DNA of 64,000 nucleotides from Candidatus Latescibacterota bacterium (lineage in GTDB: Bacteria > Latescibacterota > UBA2968). Location: contig OZ242311.1 in the NCBI GenBank assembly GCA_965207885.1, positions 5,216,001-5,280,000 on the forward strand, in the 5' to 3' direction. Below, one piece after another: positions 9,564 through 20,141 of this stretch (position 1 is its first letter; each line of letters opens with the position of its first letter). A model generated the notes under the pieces. The model was not told the DNA's origin, searched no databases, and saw only the letters and a program-made list of their open reading frames with translations. A program made the translations under genes and the position numbers.

Positions 9564-10327
9564 ATGTACTGATAACAGGAGCCGAGAGCCGTTTGGGACA
9601 GGCCATCGCCAGAGAATTGGCACCGGATAACCGGTTGCGACTCTGGGGAACGGGCGATCCGCCTTCTGAACTGGATGAAAACATCACCTATTTTGAAGGC
9701 GACATGCGCGACCCAGACGTAGCGTGGCGTGCCGTTCGAAACATGCAGGCTATTATCCACACAGGTGAGCCACCACCCAATCTGCCCGAGGACGACCTCG
9801 CCTGCGAACAAGAATTACTCGATCTGGCAACCCGGGGCACCCATGTCCTATTCAAAGCTGGTATAGATGCCGGTATAAAGCGTTTTGCATACGGAAGCAC
9901 ACTCCAAATATTCGAATCCTACCCCGATGATGTATATATCAGCGAAATGTGGCGACCTATGCCATCGACAGACAAATTTCAGCTCACGCGCTATCTCGGC
10001 GAAATGACAGCGCGCGAATTTGCGCGCGATTTTCCCGTAGCCGTCACAGTATTGCGCCTGGGCAAGCTAATAGCAGAAGAAGACGCTTCCACTCAAGAGC
10101 CAGACCTCATGTGGGTCGATTATCGCGATGCAGCGCGGGCATTTCGCCTATCTCTCAATCGCGATGCACAGTCCGAACTGAAGTGGAACCGGCGATTTGC
10201 CCTCCATCACATTTGTGCGGACATTCCAAACCCAAAATATCTGGTCGGCCAAATTAGTGGACCTCTGTTGCGAGGATTTCAACCGCAACACAATTTTGAA
10301 GCCATCTGGCGTGGAGGTGACGCGTGA
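9560..10327 (+). CDS. NAD-dependent epimerase/dehydratase family protein (degenerate catalytic motif)
   Basis: ITGAESRLG Rossmann start; YxxxK position reads FQLTR. Confidence 0.75.
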   Translation: MNVLITGAESRLGQAIARELAPDNRLRLWGTGDPPSELDENITYFEGDMRDPDVAWRAVRNMQAIIHTGEPPPNLPEDDLACEQELLDLATRGTHVLFKAGIDAGIKRFAYGSTLQIFESYPDDVYISEMWRPMPSTDKFQLTRYLGEMTAREFARDFPVAVTVLRLGKLIAEEDASTQEPDLMWVDYRDAARAFRLSLNRDAQSELKWNRRFALHHICADIPNPKYLVGQISGPLLRGFQPQHNFEAIWRGGDA

Positions 10328-11037
10328 AAAAAGTACTTTTGCTGGGCGCTTCGGGACTAATTGCCCCCAATATCATACCGGATATGGAATCGCATTGCGA
10401 TTTCACATTGGCCGATATAAAGCCCTATCCCGATGGCAGACCTATCGAACATGTGGATATGCGCGAGTACGACCAGGTGCGCGATGCCATGCGGGGCACG
10501 GACGCGGTGATGAATTTCACTGTAAATCGTCCCGATCCCATCTTGAGCTTTCACGTCAGTACACTGGGCGCACTGCATGTCATGAAAGCCGCCGCCGAAT
10601 TGGGCATCAAAAAAGTGGTACACACGGGACCGCAACTGGTGCGAAATTACTACGATCAGGATTTTGAAATCACCGATGTCCCCCGCGCCCCCGGCACCGG
10701 GTATTACGGCATAACCAAAATGCTCAGCTACGAAATTTGTCGCACATATGCGCGGATTTACGATATACAGACAATTTGTTTTGTATTCAACGGTCTGGGC
10801 CCGGAGCCGAGTGAGCCGATCAAAGACGAGGACTTCCCCCCATTTCGCATATTCTGGAAAGACCTGGCCCATGCGTGTTGTCTCGCACTGGACATCGAAT
10901 CCGTACCGGATAATTATCAGGAATTCAACATGGTGAGTATGACAGCGCACCAGAAATACACCACGGAAAAAGCACAACGCATTTTGGGCTACAAACCGGC
11001 TGAACGCTGGGAAAATTATTACAAACGCGAGGTGTGA
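10324..11037 (+). CDS. NAD-dependent epimerase/dehydratase (uronate dehydrogenase-like SDR)
   Basis: LLGASGLIA; YGITK catalytic motif. Confidence 0.8.
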   Translation: MKKVLLLGASGLIAPNIIPDMESHCDFTLADIKPYPDGRPIEHVDMREYDQVRDAMRGTDAVMNFTVNRPDPILSFHVSTLGALHVMKAAAELGIKKVVHTGPQLVRNYYDQDFEITDVPRAPGTGYYGITKMLSYEICRTYARIYDIQTICFVFNGLGPEPSEPIKDEDFPPFRIFWKDLAHACCLALDIESVPDNYQEFNMVSMTAHQKYTTEKAQRILGYKPAERWENYYKREV

Positions 11038-11044
11038 TAAAGCT

Positions 11045-12349
11045 ATGTCGTCTTCCAAAACAATTTTCCAAAAAAACCGCAAAGTCATCCCCGGCGGCGT
11101 AGTATCAGTCAACCGCGCTGTCGCGCCGGAAATTGCCTTTGTGCGCGGACAGGGCAGCCATGTGTGGGATGCAGACGGCAATGAATACATCGACTATCAC
11201 GCGGCATTCGCGCCATTTATTCTCGGACACAACGATCCGGATGTAAACGCGGCAGTGGCAAAAGTAATCGCCGACGGCACAACACTGATGGGATCGGGCA
11301 CCAATCCATGGGAAGGGCATTGCGCCGCATTAATTGTAAAACACGTACCGTCCGTCGAAAAAGTCATGCTCACAAATACGGGATCGGAAGCCACCTATCA
11401 CGCTATTCGAATCGCGCGGGCGCACACGGGGCGCAATGGCGTCATCGTAATACAGGGAGGATATAACGGCTGGCACAACGACGTAGCGTTGAATGTAATG
11501 ACACCAATAGACGCAATAGGACCGCGGGTCTCGCCGGGCGAATACAAAAAAATACCGCTCTCTGCTGGCGTACCCAATAGCGCGTTAGACGATATACATG
11601 TAGTAAATTTTAACGACCTCAACTCCGTGCGCTGGGCAATGGATCAATACGATATTGCCGCGTTAATTCTCGAGCCAATATTGCAAAATATCGGCATCGT
11701 ACATCCGCAAGCGGGCTATTTACAGGGACTGCGCGATTTGTGCGATGCGCGAGGGGTAGTGCTGATATTCGACGAAGTAAAAACGGGATTTCGCCACGCG
11801 ATGGGAGGCTATCAAAGCATATGTGGCATCATGCCAGACCTGTCCGTATTTGGCAAAGCAATAGCCAATGGCTACCCCATTGGCGCGATTGGCGGACGGG
11901 CGTCGCTCATGGATTATTTTGTCCACAAAGAGCCCGCAAAGCGCGTGTTAATTGCTGGAACGTACAACGCCCATCCCATATCATGCGCGGGCGCCATTTC
12001 CACAATGGAAAAACTCGCATCGGCAAATTTTGAAGAACTTTACGCAATAGGCGAACAATTGGAAACGGAATTGACCGCATTATTCAAAGAATCCGGAATA
12101 GAAGCGTCCATTGTCCGACAGGGATCGGCTTTTTGCGTTTATTTTATGGACCACGCGCCCGTTGATTGGCACGATATTGCCGAACACCACGATTTCGCGC
12201 TTGACGAACAGTATCGTCGCGCATTGATTGAAAAAGGCATTTATCACTTTCCACTGGCAACAAAGCAAGGCAGTATTTCGTTTGCACATTCACGATCAGA
12301 TATAGATGAGACGCTCTCAAAAACGCGAGACGTTCTTCAATCACTTTGA
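11045..12349 (+). CDS. Class III PLP aminotransferase, glutamate-1-semialdehyde aminomutase-like
   Basis: IPGGV, DADGNEYIDY, FDEVKTGFR, FGKAIANG. Confidence 0.9.
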   Translation: MSSSKTIFQKNRKVIPGGVVSVNRAVAPEIAFVRGQGSHVWDADGNEYIDYHAAFAPFILGHNDPDVNAAVAKVIADGTTLMGSGTNPWEGHCAALIVKHVPSVEKVMLTNTGSEATYHAIRIARAHTGRNGVIVIQGGYNGWHNDVALNVMTPIDAIGPRVSPGEYKKIPLSAGVPNSALDDIHVVNFNDLNSVRWAMDQYDIAALILEPILQNIGIVHPQAGYLQGLRDLCDARGVVLIFDEVKTGFRHAMGGYQSICGIMPDLSVFGKAIANGYPIGAIGGRASLMDYFVHKEPAKRVLIAGTYNAHPISCAGAISTMEKLASANFEELYAIGEQLETELTALFKESGIEASIVRQGSAFCVYFMDHAPVDWHDIAEHHDFALDEQYRRALIEKGIYHFPLATKQGSISFAHSRSDIDETLSKTRDVLQSL

Positions 12350-12359
12350 GGAGGAGTAT

Positions 12360-14255
12360 ATGGGAAGTCCAGCAAAGAAGGCGATTGTCATAGGGATGGA
12401 TGGGGCGAGCATGGAAATTGTGAAAAACCTGGCCGACTGGGGGCACATGCCCAATATCGCAAAACTTATGGAACGCGGGGCATGGCGCCCCATGATTGGC
12501 GTGTTTCCCACCCTCACGCCGCCGGGATGGACGGCTATAGCCACGGGATCATGGCCCGGCAATCACGAAGTAATGGATTTTAACATTCGCGCCCTGGGCA
12601 AACGGCTGGATCAGACCGTCTGGGGCATCAATACGGAACTATCCAAATCCGAATACATCTGGAATACTTATGAGCGTGCGGGTAAAATGCCGATTCTGGT
12701 CAAATGGGAAATGTCGTGGCCGCCCACCGTCACGACCGGAATCCAGGTAGAAGGCACGGGACCCGGCGTATCCAATCACCATCAGGTCGCGGGCTATCAC
12801 TTATTTGTAGGAGGTAAGTGGGCACCTCGACGACTGGTCGTACAGCGCGACCCTGAAACACTGGACCCGAGCGCCCTGCAAACCGTATCGGAATTTGACC
12901 CCGTCACCCTCAAAGCGGCAGATGGGTGGACAGCACTGCCCGACTCCGAAAAGCCACCGCTTGAAGTCGAAATGGTGATCACGCCTCTGGCGCGCGGACG
13001 CGCGCCCATGAACCGGGGAAAGAAAGGCACGCCCAAACCATTTTACGGTTTAATCTACGCGACAACCGCAAAGGGATACGATCGCATATCCGTCTGTAGC
13101 ACGCGAGACGGAGATTCAAAAGTGTGTGACCTCGGCGTGGGCGAATGGAGCGATTGGTGGCTCGACACATTTGAAATAGACGGCGAACAGGTAAGCGGCT
13201 ACGTACAGATGAAATTGATCGCACTGACCGAAAATGCCGATATGTTCGAGCTATTCGTACCGCAAATCTGGCCTCCCGACGACTATACCAAACCGGCTTC
13301 AATCGCGCGGGAAATCGACGAAAACGTCGGTAATTTCTTGCAAAACCCCGGCCGCGATGCCCTGGGCGTAATTGACGACGACACGTATTTTGAATTGCTG
13401 GAGTTCCACCACCAGCGACTGGCCGATGTCGCGCAGTACCTGACGGGATCTCGCTCATGGGATCTGCTGATGATTGAAACACACGCTTCGGATTATACGA
13501 GCCACTTCTTCCTGGGGCAGGCCGATCCCACCAGCGGTGCCGAGCAATCGGTCCTCGAGCGGTCGCGCGAAGGCGTCTTCCGCACCTATCAGTCAATTGA
13601 TCGCATGATCGGGCGCATCGTTGACGATATTGCCGACGATGATACCGTCGTCGCAGTTGTGGCCGATCACGGCGGTACATCCAATCAATTCCCCGCGGTC
13701 AACATCCGCAAAGTCCTCACAGAAACGGGATTTGTGAAATACCACGAAAATGGACAAATCGACTGGAGCAAAACGCGCGCATGCGACGTGGGATTGGTGC
13801 ATATCTTCATCAATCTGGAAGGACGCGAACCCGACGGAATCGTTTCTCAAGAGGATTACGAAACCGTGCGCCGAGAGCTAATCGCCGCGCTGATGGAATA
13901 CAAAGACGAAGCCACCGGACGCCACCCCTTCGCGCTGGCTCTGAGCCGCGAAAATGCCGAAATGGTCAACTTGTGGAGCGACCTGGTTGGCGATGTGGTC
14001 TATGCACTGCATCCCGAATTTGACGGCGCGCACGGCAAGCAATTGCCCTCGGTGAGCTTTGGCATGGCCGGGCAGCATTCGACATTTGTGATTGCAGGCG
14101 CGGGGATTAAGCAGACCGGCATGCTCACAAAACAAGTGCGCTCAATCGATGTCGCCCCCACAATCTGTTATCTCACCGGAGTACCCATGCCGATGCAGGT
14201 CGAAGGCGGCGTGGTCTATGAAGCTCTCGAAGATCCCGATTGGCATATAAAATAA
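12360..14255 (+). CDS. Alkaline phosphatase superfamily nucleotide pyrophosphatase/phosphodiesterase
   Basis: IGMDG, PTLTPPGW nucleophile motif, ADHG, DVAPTI; ATG 12360 after GAGGAG. Confidence 0.85.
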   Translation: MGSPAKKAIVIGMDGASMEIVKNLADWGHMPNIAKLMERGAWRPMIGVFPTLTPPGWTAIATGSWPGNHEVMDFNIRALGKRLDQTVWGINTELSKSEYIWNTYERAGKMPILVKWEMSWPPTVTTGIQVEGTGPGVSNHHQVAGYHLFVGGKWAPRRLVVQRDPETLDPSALQTVSEFDPVTLKAADGWTALPDSEKPPLEVEMVITPLARGRAPMNRGKKGTPKPFYGLIYATTAKGYDRISVCSTRDGDSKVCDLGVGEWSDWWLDTFEIDGEQVSGYVQMKLIALTENADMFELFVPQIWPPDDYTKPASIAREIDENVGNFLQNPGRDALGVIDDDTYFELLEFHHQRLADVAQYLTGSRSWDLLMIETHASDYTSHFFLGQADPTSGAEQSVLERSREGVFRTYQSIDRMIGRIVDDIADDDTVVAVVADHGGTSNQFPAVNIRKVLTETGFVKYHENGQIDWSKTRACDVGLVHIFINLEGREPDGIVSQEDYETVRRELIAALMEYKDEATGRHPFALALSRENAEMVNLWSDLVGDVVYALHPEFDGAHGKQLPSVSFGMAGQHSTFVIAGAGIKQTGMLTKQVRSIDVAPTICYLTGVPMPMQVEGGVVYEALEDPDWHIK

Positions 14256-14256
14256 T

Positions 14257-16221
14257 ATGGCAGAAGCATCGACATATCGGGCAACAGAGGTTCAAAGCGG
14301 TCGCGCCGTAACACCCCGGGCCATTTTTGTAGCCATCGTAATCATCGTCGCAACCGTCTTGTGGGACGAGTGGATGGCCTACTACATGAGCGGCTCTAAT
14401 ATCAGCCGCAGCCATTTCCCCCTGGCACTGCTCTTTCCATTCTTATCGCTGGCCGTATTGAACATCATCGCGCGCCGTGCCCTGCCCTCTCTCGTACTCA
14501 CACCACCGGAATTGCGCGTGGTTTTGGGGATGGGGCTCGTCGCCGCGATTGTGCCTTATGACGGCGTTACCGGGCACCTCATCGGTGTCTTAGCCGGGGT
14601 GTACTATTTTGCAACGCCAGAAAACGGATGGAATTTTTATCTCCATCACAATATCCCAACCTGGTTGGCACCGCAAAATGATACGGGCGCGATGAACTGG
14701 TTTTACGAGGGCACGCCCGCAGGCCATGTCCCCGCACTCGGCGCGTGGGTAACCCCGCTTTTCTGGTGGACCTGCTTCCTCGGCGCAGTCGCATTTGCCG
14801 TCTTTTGTGTGGTCGTCATGTTGCGCCGACAGTGGGTAGATCACGAACGCTTGACCTATCCCATCGTAGAAGTGGGCACCTTATTGACCGAGACTCAGCA
14901 AGGGGGCAAGCTATCTCAGGTTTTTTCGTCGCCGCTGTTCTGGATCGCGTTTGGACTTGTGATGCTGCTAAAAGTCTGGAACATCGGGTCGTACTTCACA
15001 CCGATTTTTCCGCACATTCCGTTTGAAGGCGGACAGTTTCGGTTCTATCCCGACTTTCCTTTTTTAATTCGCAGAGTCAGTTTTTATGCCATTGGCTTTG
15101 GTTATTTTGCGCGATTGGACGTACTGTTCAGCGTTTGGGTATGGGTCCTTTTATCTGGCTTTGAGGTCTTTTTATTCAACAAATTTGGGTACACACCCGG
15201 CGCAGCAGACCGCCAGTGGCAAAGTCCTGCCCTGGGTTGGCAAAGCGGTGGCGCACTCATTTTTCTCGCAATCTGGAGCCTGTGGATGGGCCGCGCACAC
15301 CTCACAGATGTCTGGCGAAAAGCCGTGCAACCAGATTGCGAAGTCGATGACAGCGGCGAATTGCTATCGTATCGCACGGCTGTAATCGGCCTGATCGTCT
15401 CCCTGTTATTTGTCGCTACCTGGTTATACGCCGCGGGCCTGGCACTATTTGTCATTCTCACATTTTTGCCAATTGCCCTGTTGACATTTTTGGGACTCTC
15501 TCGCGTAGTTGCCGAACTCGGCCTCGTGTACGTGTACTATCAGGTACAGCCGTTTGACGCAGTATTGCAAATTTGGGGCACGCCAACAATCAACGGGCAA
15601 AGTGTCACAATCCTATCGTTTATGCGGATATTTAACAGCGCTGGCAAAGGCTATGTCATGCCCGCCATGACACAATCCGTCAAAGCCGTAGATCGCGTGG
15701 TAAAACCCAGACAAATTGCCCTGATGATCGGGATATCACTCATCCTGGGTTATATGGTTTCCGTCGCCAACACACTGTACCTGGGATATGCTTATGGCGC
15801 GTACAACCTGGGCAACATGGGGCTCAAAAACGCCGCGCCGGGCGCATTTAATAAAGCGATCAACTCCATCCGCAACCCAATACCAATGGGTGGCAAAGGC
15901 GGATTGGCAATATGGGCTTTAATCGGTGCAGCAGCTATGGCCGCGTTCACACTCGCGCGCTATTGGCTCCCCTGGTGGCCCCTGCACCCCATTGGCCTGG
16001 CCATCCAGGGCAACTACGGCGTCACAAAAGTCTTCTTTTCAATTGTGATCGTCTGGGCAATCAAATCGCTACTGATGAGAATAGGCGGCGTGGATCTCTA
16101 CGAACGCGGCAAGCCCTTTTTCATCGGATTGATCGTCGCCCAAGCTTTGAGCACGGCCCTGGTCTTTGCCATTGATTGGGTGTGGTTCCCCGCACGCGGG
16201 CACAATGTACACAATTATTAA
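14257..16221 (+). CDS. Polytopic membrane protein, DUF6785/DUF6784-like putative transporter
   Basis: Many TM segments; LRRQWVDHERLTYP and PWWPLHPIG motifs recalled for this family. Confidence 0.75.
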   Translation: MAEASTYRATEVQSGRAVTPRAIFVAIVIIVATVLWDEWMAYYMSGSNISRSHFPLALLFPFLSLAVLNIIARRALPSLVLTPPELRVVLGMGLVAAIVPYDGVTGHLIGVLAGVYYFATPENGWNFYLHHNIPTWLAPQNDTGAMNWFYEGTPAGHVPALGAWVTPLFWWTCFLGAVAFAVFCVVVMLRRQWVDHERLTYPIVEVGTLLTETQQGGKLSQVFSSPLFWIAFGLVMLLKVWNIGSYFTPIFPHIPFEGGQFRFYPDFPFLIRRVSFYAIGFGYFARLDVLFSVWVWVLLSGFEVFLFNKFGYTPGAADRQWQSPALGWQSGGALIFLAIWSLWMGRAHLTDVWRKAVQPDCEVDDSGELLSYRTAVIGLIVSLLFVATWLYAAGLALFVILTFLPIALLTFLGLSRVVAELGLVYVYYQVQPFDAVLQIWGTPTINGQSVTILSFMRIFNSAGKGYVMPAMTQSVKAVDRVVKPRQIALMIGISLILGYMVSVANTLYLGYAYGAYNLGNMGLKNAAPGAFNKAINSIRNPIPMGGKGGLAIWALIGAAAMAAFTLARYWLPWWPLHPIGLAIQGNYGVTKVFFSIVIVWAIKSLLMRIGGVDLYERGKPFFIGLIVAQALSTALVFAIDWVWFPARGHNVHNY

Positions 16222-16233
16222 AAAGGAAACCCA

Positions 16234-17247
16234 ATGATCGGAGTGGCAATTCAAGGCGCGGGAAATGTATCCACCGAACATATCAAAGCATACCAGAACA
16301 ATCCCCATACCCGGGTCGTAGCCATCGGCAGTCGCACGTTGGAAAGCGCGAAAAAAAAGGCCATCGCCTGCGGTATAGATTGTGAACTATTCGACTCTTA
16401 CGACCGCATGCTCGCCTATCCCGGCGTAGATCTGGTATCGATTTGCACCCCCCCGGATTTACACGCAGCAGAAACCATCGCAGCAGCCGAAGCCTGCAAA
16501 CACATTCTAATCGAAAAACCCGTGGCTCTGAACCCAGACGAACTTCACGCCATGGATGCTGCGGTTCAAAAAGCCGGGGTAAAAACCGTCGTGAGCTTTG
16601 TCCTGCGGTGGAACCCAATGGTCCTATCCATCAAACAAGTCATTGAAAAGGGATGGATCGGACAGCCACTTCTCGTACAGGCCGATTACTGGCACGGACC
16701 AACCCATCAGCGCCCCAAAAAATTTGAACGACCCCAGTGGAATCCCATGACTGCCGGGGCTATTGTACACGGAGGCTGTCACGCAATGGATGCTGCGCGA
16801 TATGTGCTGGATAATGACCCCATCATTCAGGTATCGGGCGTCTCTGCTCGCAATTCCAGTCATCCCGAAACATATCTCGCAACAACCGCAGCCGCGGTTC
16901 AATTCGAACGCGGCACCGCGGGAAAAATTTCCGGATCGACCGAATTTTTTATGCCCTATGTATTCAATCTGGAAGTATTTGGCGACGAAGGCATAATCCG
17001 CAACAATCGGTTTTATACAAAACAAATCCCGGGACAACGCGACCTATCTGAAATACCAACCGTATTGCCAGACAGCGGCGCAGTATCGCACCATCCCTTC
17101 CAGGAAATGATCGACCATTTCATCGACTGTATCACAACCGACGTGGAATCCCACGATAATCTATCCGTAGCGGTCAACACCCACCTGGCCTGCTTTGCCG
17201 CTGAAGCATCAGCGCGGGATCGGGGCGCACCTGTTCACTTGAGGTAG
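16234..17247 (+). CDS. Gfo/Idh/MocA oxidoreductase
   Basis: GAGNVS, ICTPPDLH, IEKP, GCHAMD. Confidence 0.9.
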   Translation: MIGVAIQGAGNVSTEHIKAYQNNPHTRVVAIGSRTLESAKKKAIACGIDCELFDSYDRMLAYPGVDLVSICTPPDLHAAETIAAAEACKHILIEKPVALNPDELHAMDAAVQKAGVKTVVSFVLRWNPMVLSIKQVIEKGWIGQPLLVQADYWHGPTHQRPKKFERPQWNPMTAGAIVHGGCHAMDAARYVLDNDPIIQVSGVSARNSSHPETYLATTAAAVQFERGTAGKISGSTEFFMPYVFNLEVFGDEGIIRNNRFYTKQIPGQRDLSEIPTVLPDSGAVSHHPFQEMIDHFIDCITTDVESHDNLSVAVNTHLACFAAEASARDRGAPVHLR

Positions 17248-17260
17248 GAGGAGATACCAC

Positions 17261-18265
17261 ATGGCATCAGACCAAACACTCAAAATAGGACTCGTCGGCT
17301 GTGGGGGATTGGGATCGCGTCACGCCGCCCATGTAGAGAGCATAGAAGGCGCAGAACTGGTGGCAGTCTGCGATCAGGACCGGACTTCAGCAACGGCTCT
17401 ATCCGATAAACTCGCGTTCCAGCCGGCTGTTTACGACAATCACCGAACCATGCTATCGGAGCAATCTCCAGACGCCGTGCTCGTAGTAACACCCAATTTT
17501 GTACACAGCCCCATTACAGTTGATGCCGCCACAGCAGGCGCGCATGTCTTCTGCGAAAAACCAATGGCACTCACAGTTGAAGATTGCGACGCAATGATTG
17601 AAGCGGCTGATAACGCCGGTGTCTTTTTAATGATCGGGTATGTGCGGCGATTTCAAAATGCCTACCGCGAAATGAAACGATTGATCGCTGAAGGACAAAT
17701 CGGCGAGATTCGCATGGCGCATACCGTGCGTTTGGGCACAGGAGCACCTGGAGGCGTAGCGGGATGGCAATTGGATCGGGAGAGATACGGCGGGCTTTTT
17801 TCAATGCACAGCCACGAACTGGATCAACTGACCTGGATGGCTGGCGAAGTGCGCGCTGTTCAGGCAGTGATGCGATACGACGATGCGTCAGATAACACCG
17901 TAGAGGAAAGCATTTTTATCAATCTGGAATTCGGTTCAGGTGCAATCGGATCTCTGAGCAGCAGCCGAATTTATCCAGGCGGAAGCTATGAACTGGGCGT
18001 GGCTGGCACTGAAGGCTCAGTAAAAATCACCAGTGGAACGGGTGCGCAACTCACACTCAACCAGGTAGGCGAAAAACCCGAACACATGACTTATGAGCGG
18101 AACAATGGCCTGCTGGAAGAAATGACCTATTTTTTAAATTGTATCCGAACAGGCGAACAACCGCAGTCCAACGGCCACGACGGTCGGCGCACCATTGCGA
18201 TTTCTCTCGCCGCGCATGAATCTGCTCGCACAGGTGAAAGGGTAGAAGTACAAGAATATAGTTGA
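17261..18265 (+). CDS. Gfo/Idh/MocA oxidoreductase
   Basis: GCGGLG, VTPNFVH, CEKPMA, HELD. Confidence 0.9.
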   Translation: MASDQTLKIGLVGCGGLGSRHAAHVESIEGAELVAVCDQDRTSATALSDKLAFQPAVYDNHRTMLSEQSPDAVLVVTPNFVHSPITVDAATAGAHVFCEKPMALTVEDCDAMIEAADNAGVFLMIGYVRRFQNAYREMKRLIAEGQIGEIRMAHTVRLGTGAPGGVAGWQLDRERYGGLFSMHSHELDQLTWMAGEVRAVQAVMRYDDASDNTVEESIFINLEFGSGAIGSLSSSRIYPGGSYELGVAGTEGSVKITSGTGAQLTLNQVGEKPEHMTYERNNGLLEEMTYFLNCIRTGEQPQSNGHDGRRTIAISLAAHESARTGERVEVQEYS

Positions 18266-18276
18266 TGGAGGCCTCA

Positions 18277-18972
18277 ATGGCAAAATTCGAACAAGTACAG
18301 GCATTGACATTTGACCTATTTGGCACGATTTTGGATCTGGGTGGCAGCTTGACCCCATTTATCGCCGACATGTTGCGAGAGAAAGGTGCCGACACCACAG
18401 CAGAACAGTTCTGGCAACAATGGCGTTATCGGCAGCGACTGGAGCAATTTCAGGACACAATCATGATGCTCGGACATGGAGGCTACCTGGAGACAGTGCG
18501 ACGGGCATTTGTATATGTACTCGCCCTGAATAAAATTGAAATGTCAAAAGAGGAAGTACAGACATTCCTCGCATGCTGGCAGAAATTATCCCCCTTCCCC
18601 GAAGTCAGAGCAGGGCTGGAAAAACTGGCCACGCGTTACAAACTCGTCGGACTATCCAATGGCGACCCCGCCTTTCTCGATCACCTGGCGAAAAACCGGA
18701 TCCAGTGGGATTTTGACGACGTCATCTCCGTAACGACAATGGGCGCATTCAAGCCTCATCCCGCCGTGTATCGCCGCGCCGCGCAAATCCTCAGCCTGGA
18801 AGTAGGCGAATGCATGATGGTATCGGCCAACTCGTTTGACGTGGTAGGCGCTCGCGCCTGCGGTATGCGAGGTGCGTACGTGAACCGCTACAACTTGCCC
18901 TACGAAGACTCCCCGTATCGCACAGATGTAACCGTCGCCGATTTTACAGAATTGGCCGAAGCAATCGCATAA
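18277..18972 (+). CDS. Haloacid dehalogenase type II-like HAD hydrolase
   Basis: FDLFGT, LSNG, FKPHP, SANSFDVVGA; ATG after GGAGG. Confidence 0.9.
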   Translation: MAKFEQVQALTFDLFGTILDLGGSLTPFIADMLREKGADTTAEQFWQQWRYRQRLEQFQDTIMMLGHGGYLETVRRAFVYVLALNKIEMSKEEVQTFLACWQKLSPFPEVRAGLEKLATRYKLVGLSNGDPAFLDHLAKNRIQWDFDDVISVTTMGAFKPHPAVYRRAAQILSLEVGECMMVSANSFDVVGARACGMRGAYVNRYNLPYEDSPYRTDVTVADFTELAEAIA

Positions 18973-18982
18973 AAGGCCCAAT

Positions 18983-20128
18983 ATGGATAAAGACCTCAAA
19001 ATCACCCTTGGCGTCGAAGAAGAATTCTTTCTCGTTGACCCCAACACCCGCGACCTGCTTGCCGACCCCGACCCGGGCATCCTCGCCGTTTGTGAACAGA
19101 ACAGCGGATCGCACAAGGTCGTAACGGAATTTCTGCGCTCCCAAATAGAGACCAACACCCGCGTCTGCACATCAATAGCCGAAGTCCGCACAGCACTGAT
19201 AGAGACCCGCCGGATAGTCATTGATGCCGCTGTAAAATACGGTGCCGCATTGATAGCTGCCTCCACCCATCCCTTCGCGTCGTGGTCTGCACAGATGCCC
19301 ACACCACAAAAGCGCTATGAGGAATTTGAGGTCACGTACCAGGAATCCGTGCGGCGGTTGCTCATCGGGGGCATGCATATCCACGCCAGCTTCGGCGACT
19401 CAGAAGAACGCATTCGCGTCATGACCGCACTTCGCCGGTACCTGCCCTTGCTCCACGCGCTATCCACCTCATCGCCATTCAGCGGCGGAAACCTCACCGG
19501 CTTCAAGTCCTATCGCCTGAACATCTTCAGTGCCCTCCCGCGCACCGGCCTTCCCGGGCCCCTGTACTCCCAGGCCGAATACGAGCAACTCGTAGAAGAC
19601 TACCAGCGCCTGAACTTTATCGGAGACGGCAGCGAACTGTGGTGGGACATCCGTCCCGGCAATGCTTATCCAACAGTGGAAATACGCATCTGCGACACCT
19701 GTTCGCGCGTTGAAGACGCAGTATGCATAGTCGCACTCTACGCATCCCTCATCCGCATGCTGCTGCGACGGGCGCGGGCAGGCACCCTGCCTCCGGAGCC
19801 GCGCACCGAAATCATCGCCGAAAATCGCTGGCTTGCACAGCGCTACGGGGTATTTGCGTTCCTGGGTGATACGCGCGACGGCGGACGCATGGACATCGAC
19901 GACTACGCATGCGGACTAATTGAACAGTTAGACGAAGATGCCCGCGCACTCGGCTGCGAAGACGAATTACACCGCATATCCGAAATCATCCGCGACGGCA
20001 GCAGTGCGGACCGACAGGTTGACCACTTTCGCATCTGCCGCCTGGAAGGTGCCACTGAAATAGAGGCATTGCGCGCCGTCGTCGATCTGCTGATCGCCGA
20101 AACCCAAGAGGGAATTGATAAAGTCTGA
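18983..20128 (+). CDS. Carboxylate-amine ligase (YbdK / glutamate-cysteine ligase family 2)
   Basis: TLGVEEE, GMHIH, SSPF, WWDIRP, EIRICD. Confidence 0.9.
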   Translation: MDKDLKITLGVEEEFFLVDPNTRDLLADPDPGILAVCEQNSGSHKVVTEFLRSQIETNTRVCTSIAEVRTALIETRRIVIDAAVKYGAALIAASTHPFASWSAQMPTPQKRYEEFEVTYQESVRRLLIGGMHIHASFGDSEERIRVMTALRRYLPLLHALSTSSPFSGGNLTGFKSYRLNIFSALPRTGLPGPLYSQAEYEQLVEDYQRLNFIGDGSELWWDIRPGNAYPTVEIRICDTCSRVEDAVCIVALYASLIRMLLRRARAGTLPPEPRTEIIAENRWLAQRYGVFAFLGDTRDGGRMDIDDYACGLIEQLDEDARALGCEDELHRISEIIRDGSSADRQVDHFRICRLEGATEIEALRAVVDLLIAETQEGIDKV

Positions 20129-20141
20129 GATAGAGGGCCCC

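Noticed and set aside
11045-12349. Calling the aminotransferase hemL
   Set aside because: Catabolic context and divergent motifs suggest a paralogue
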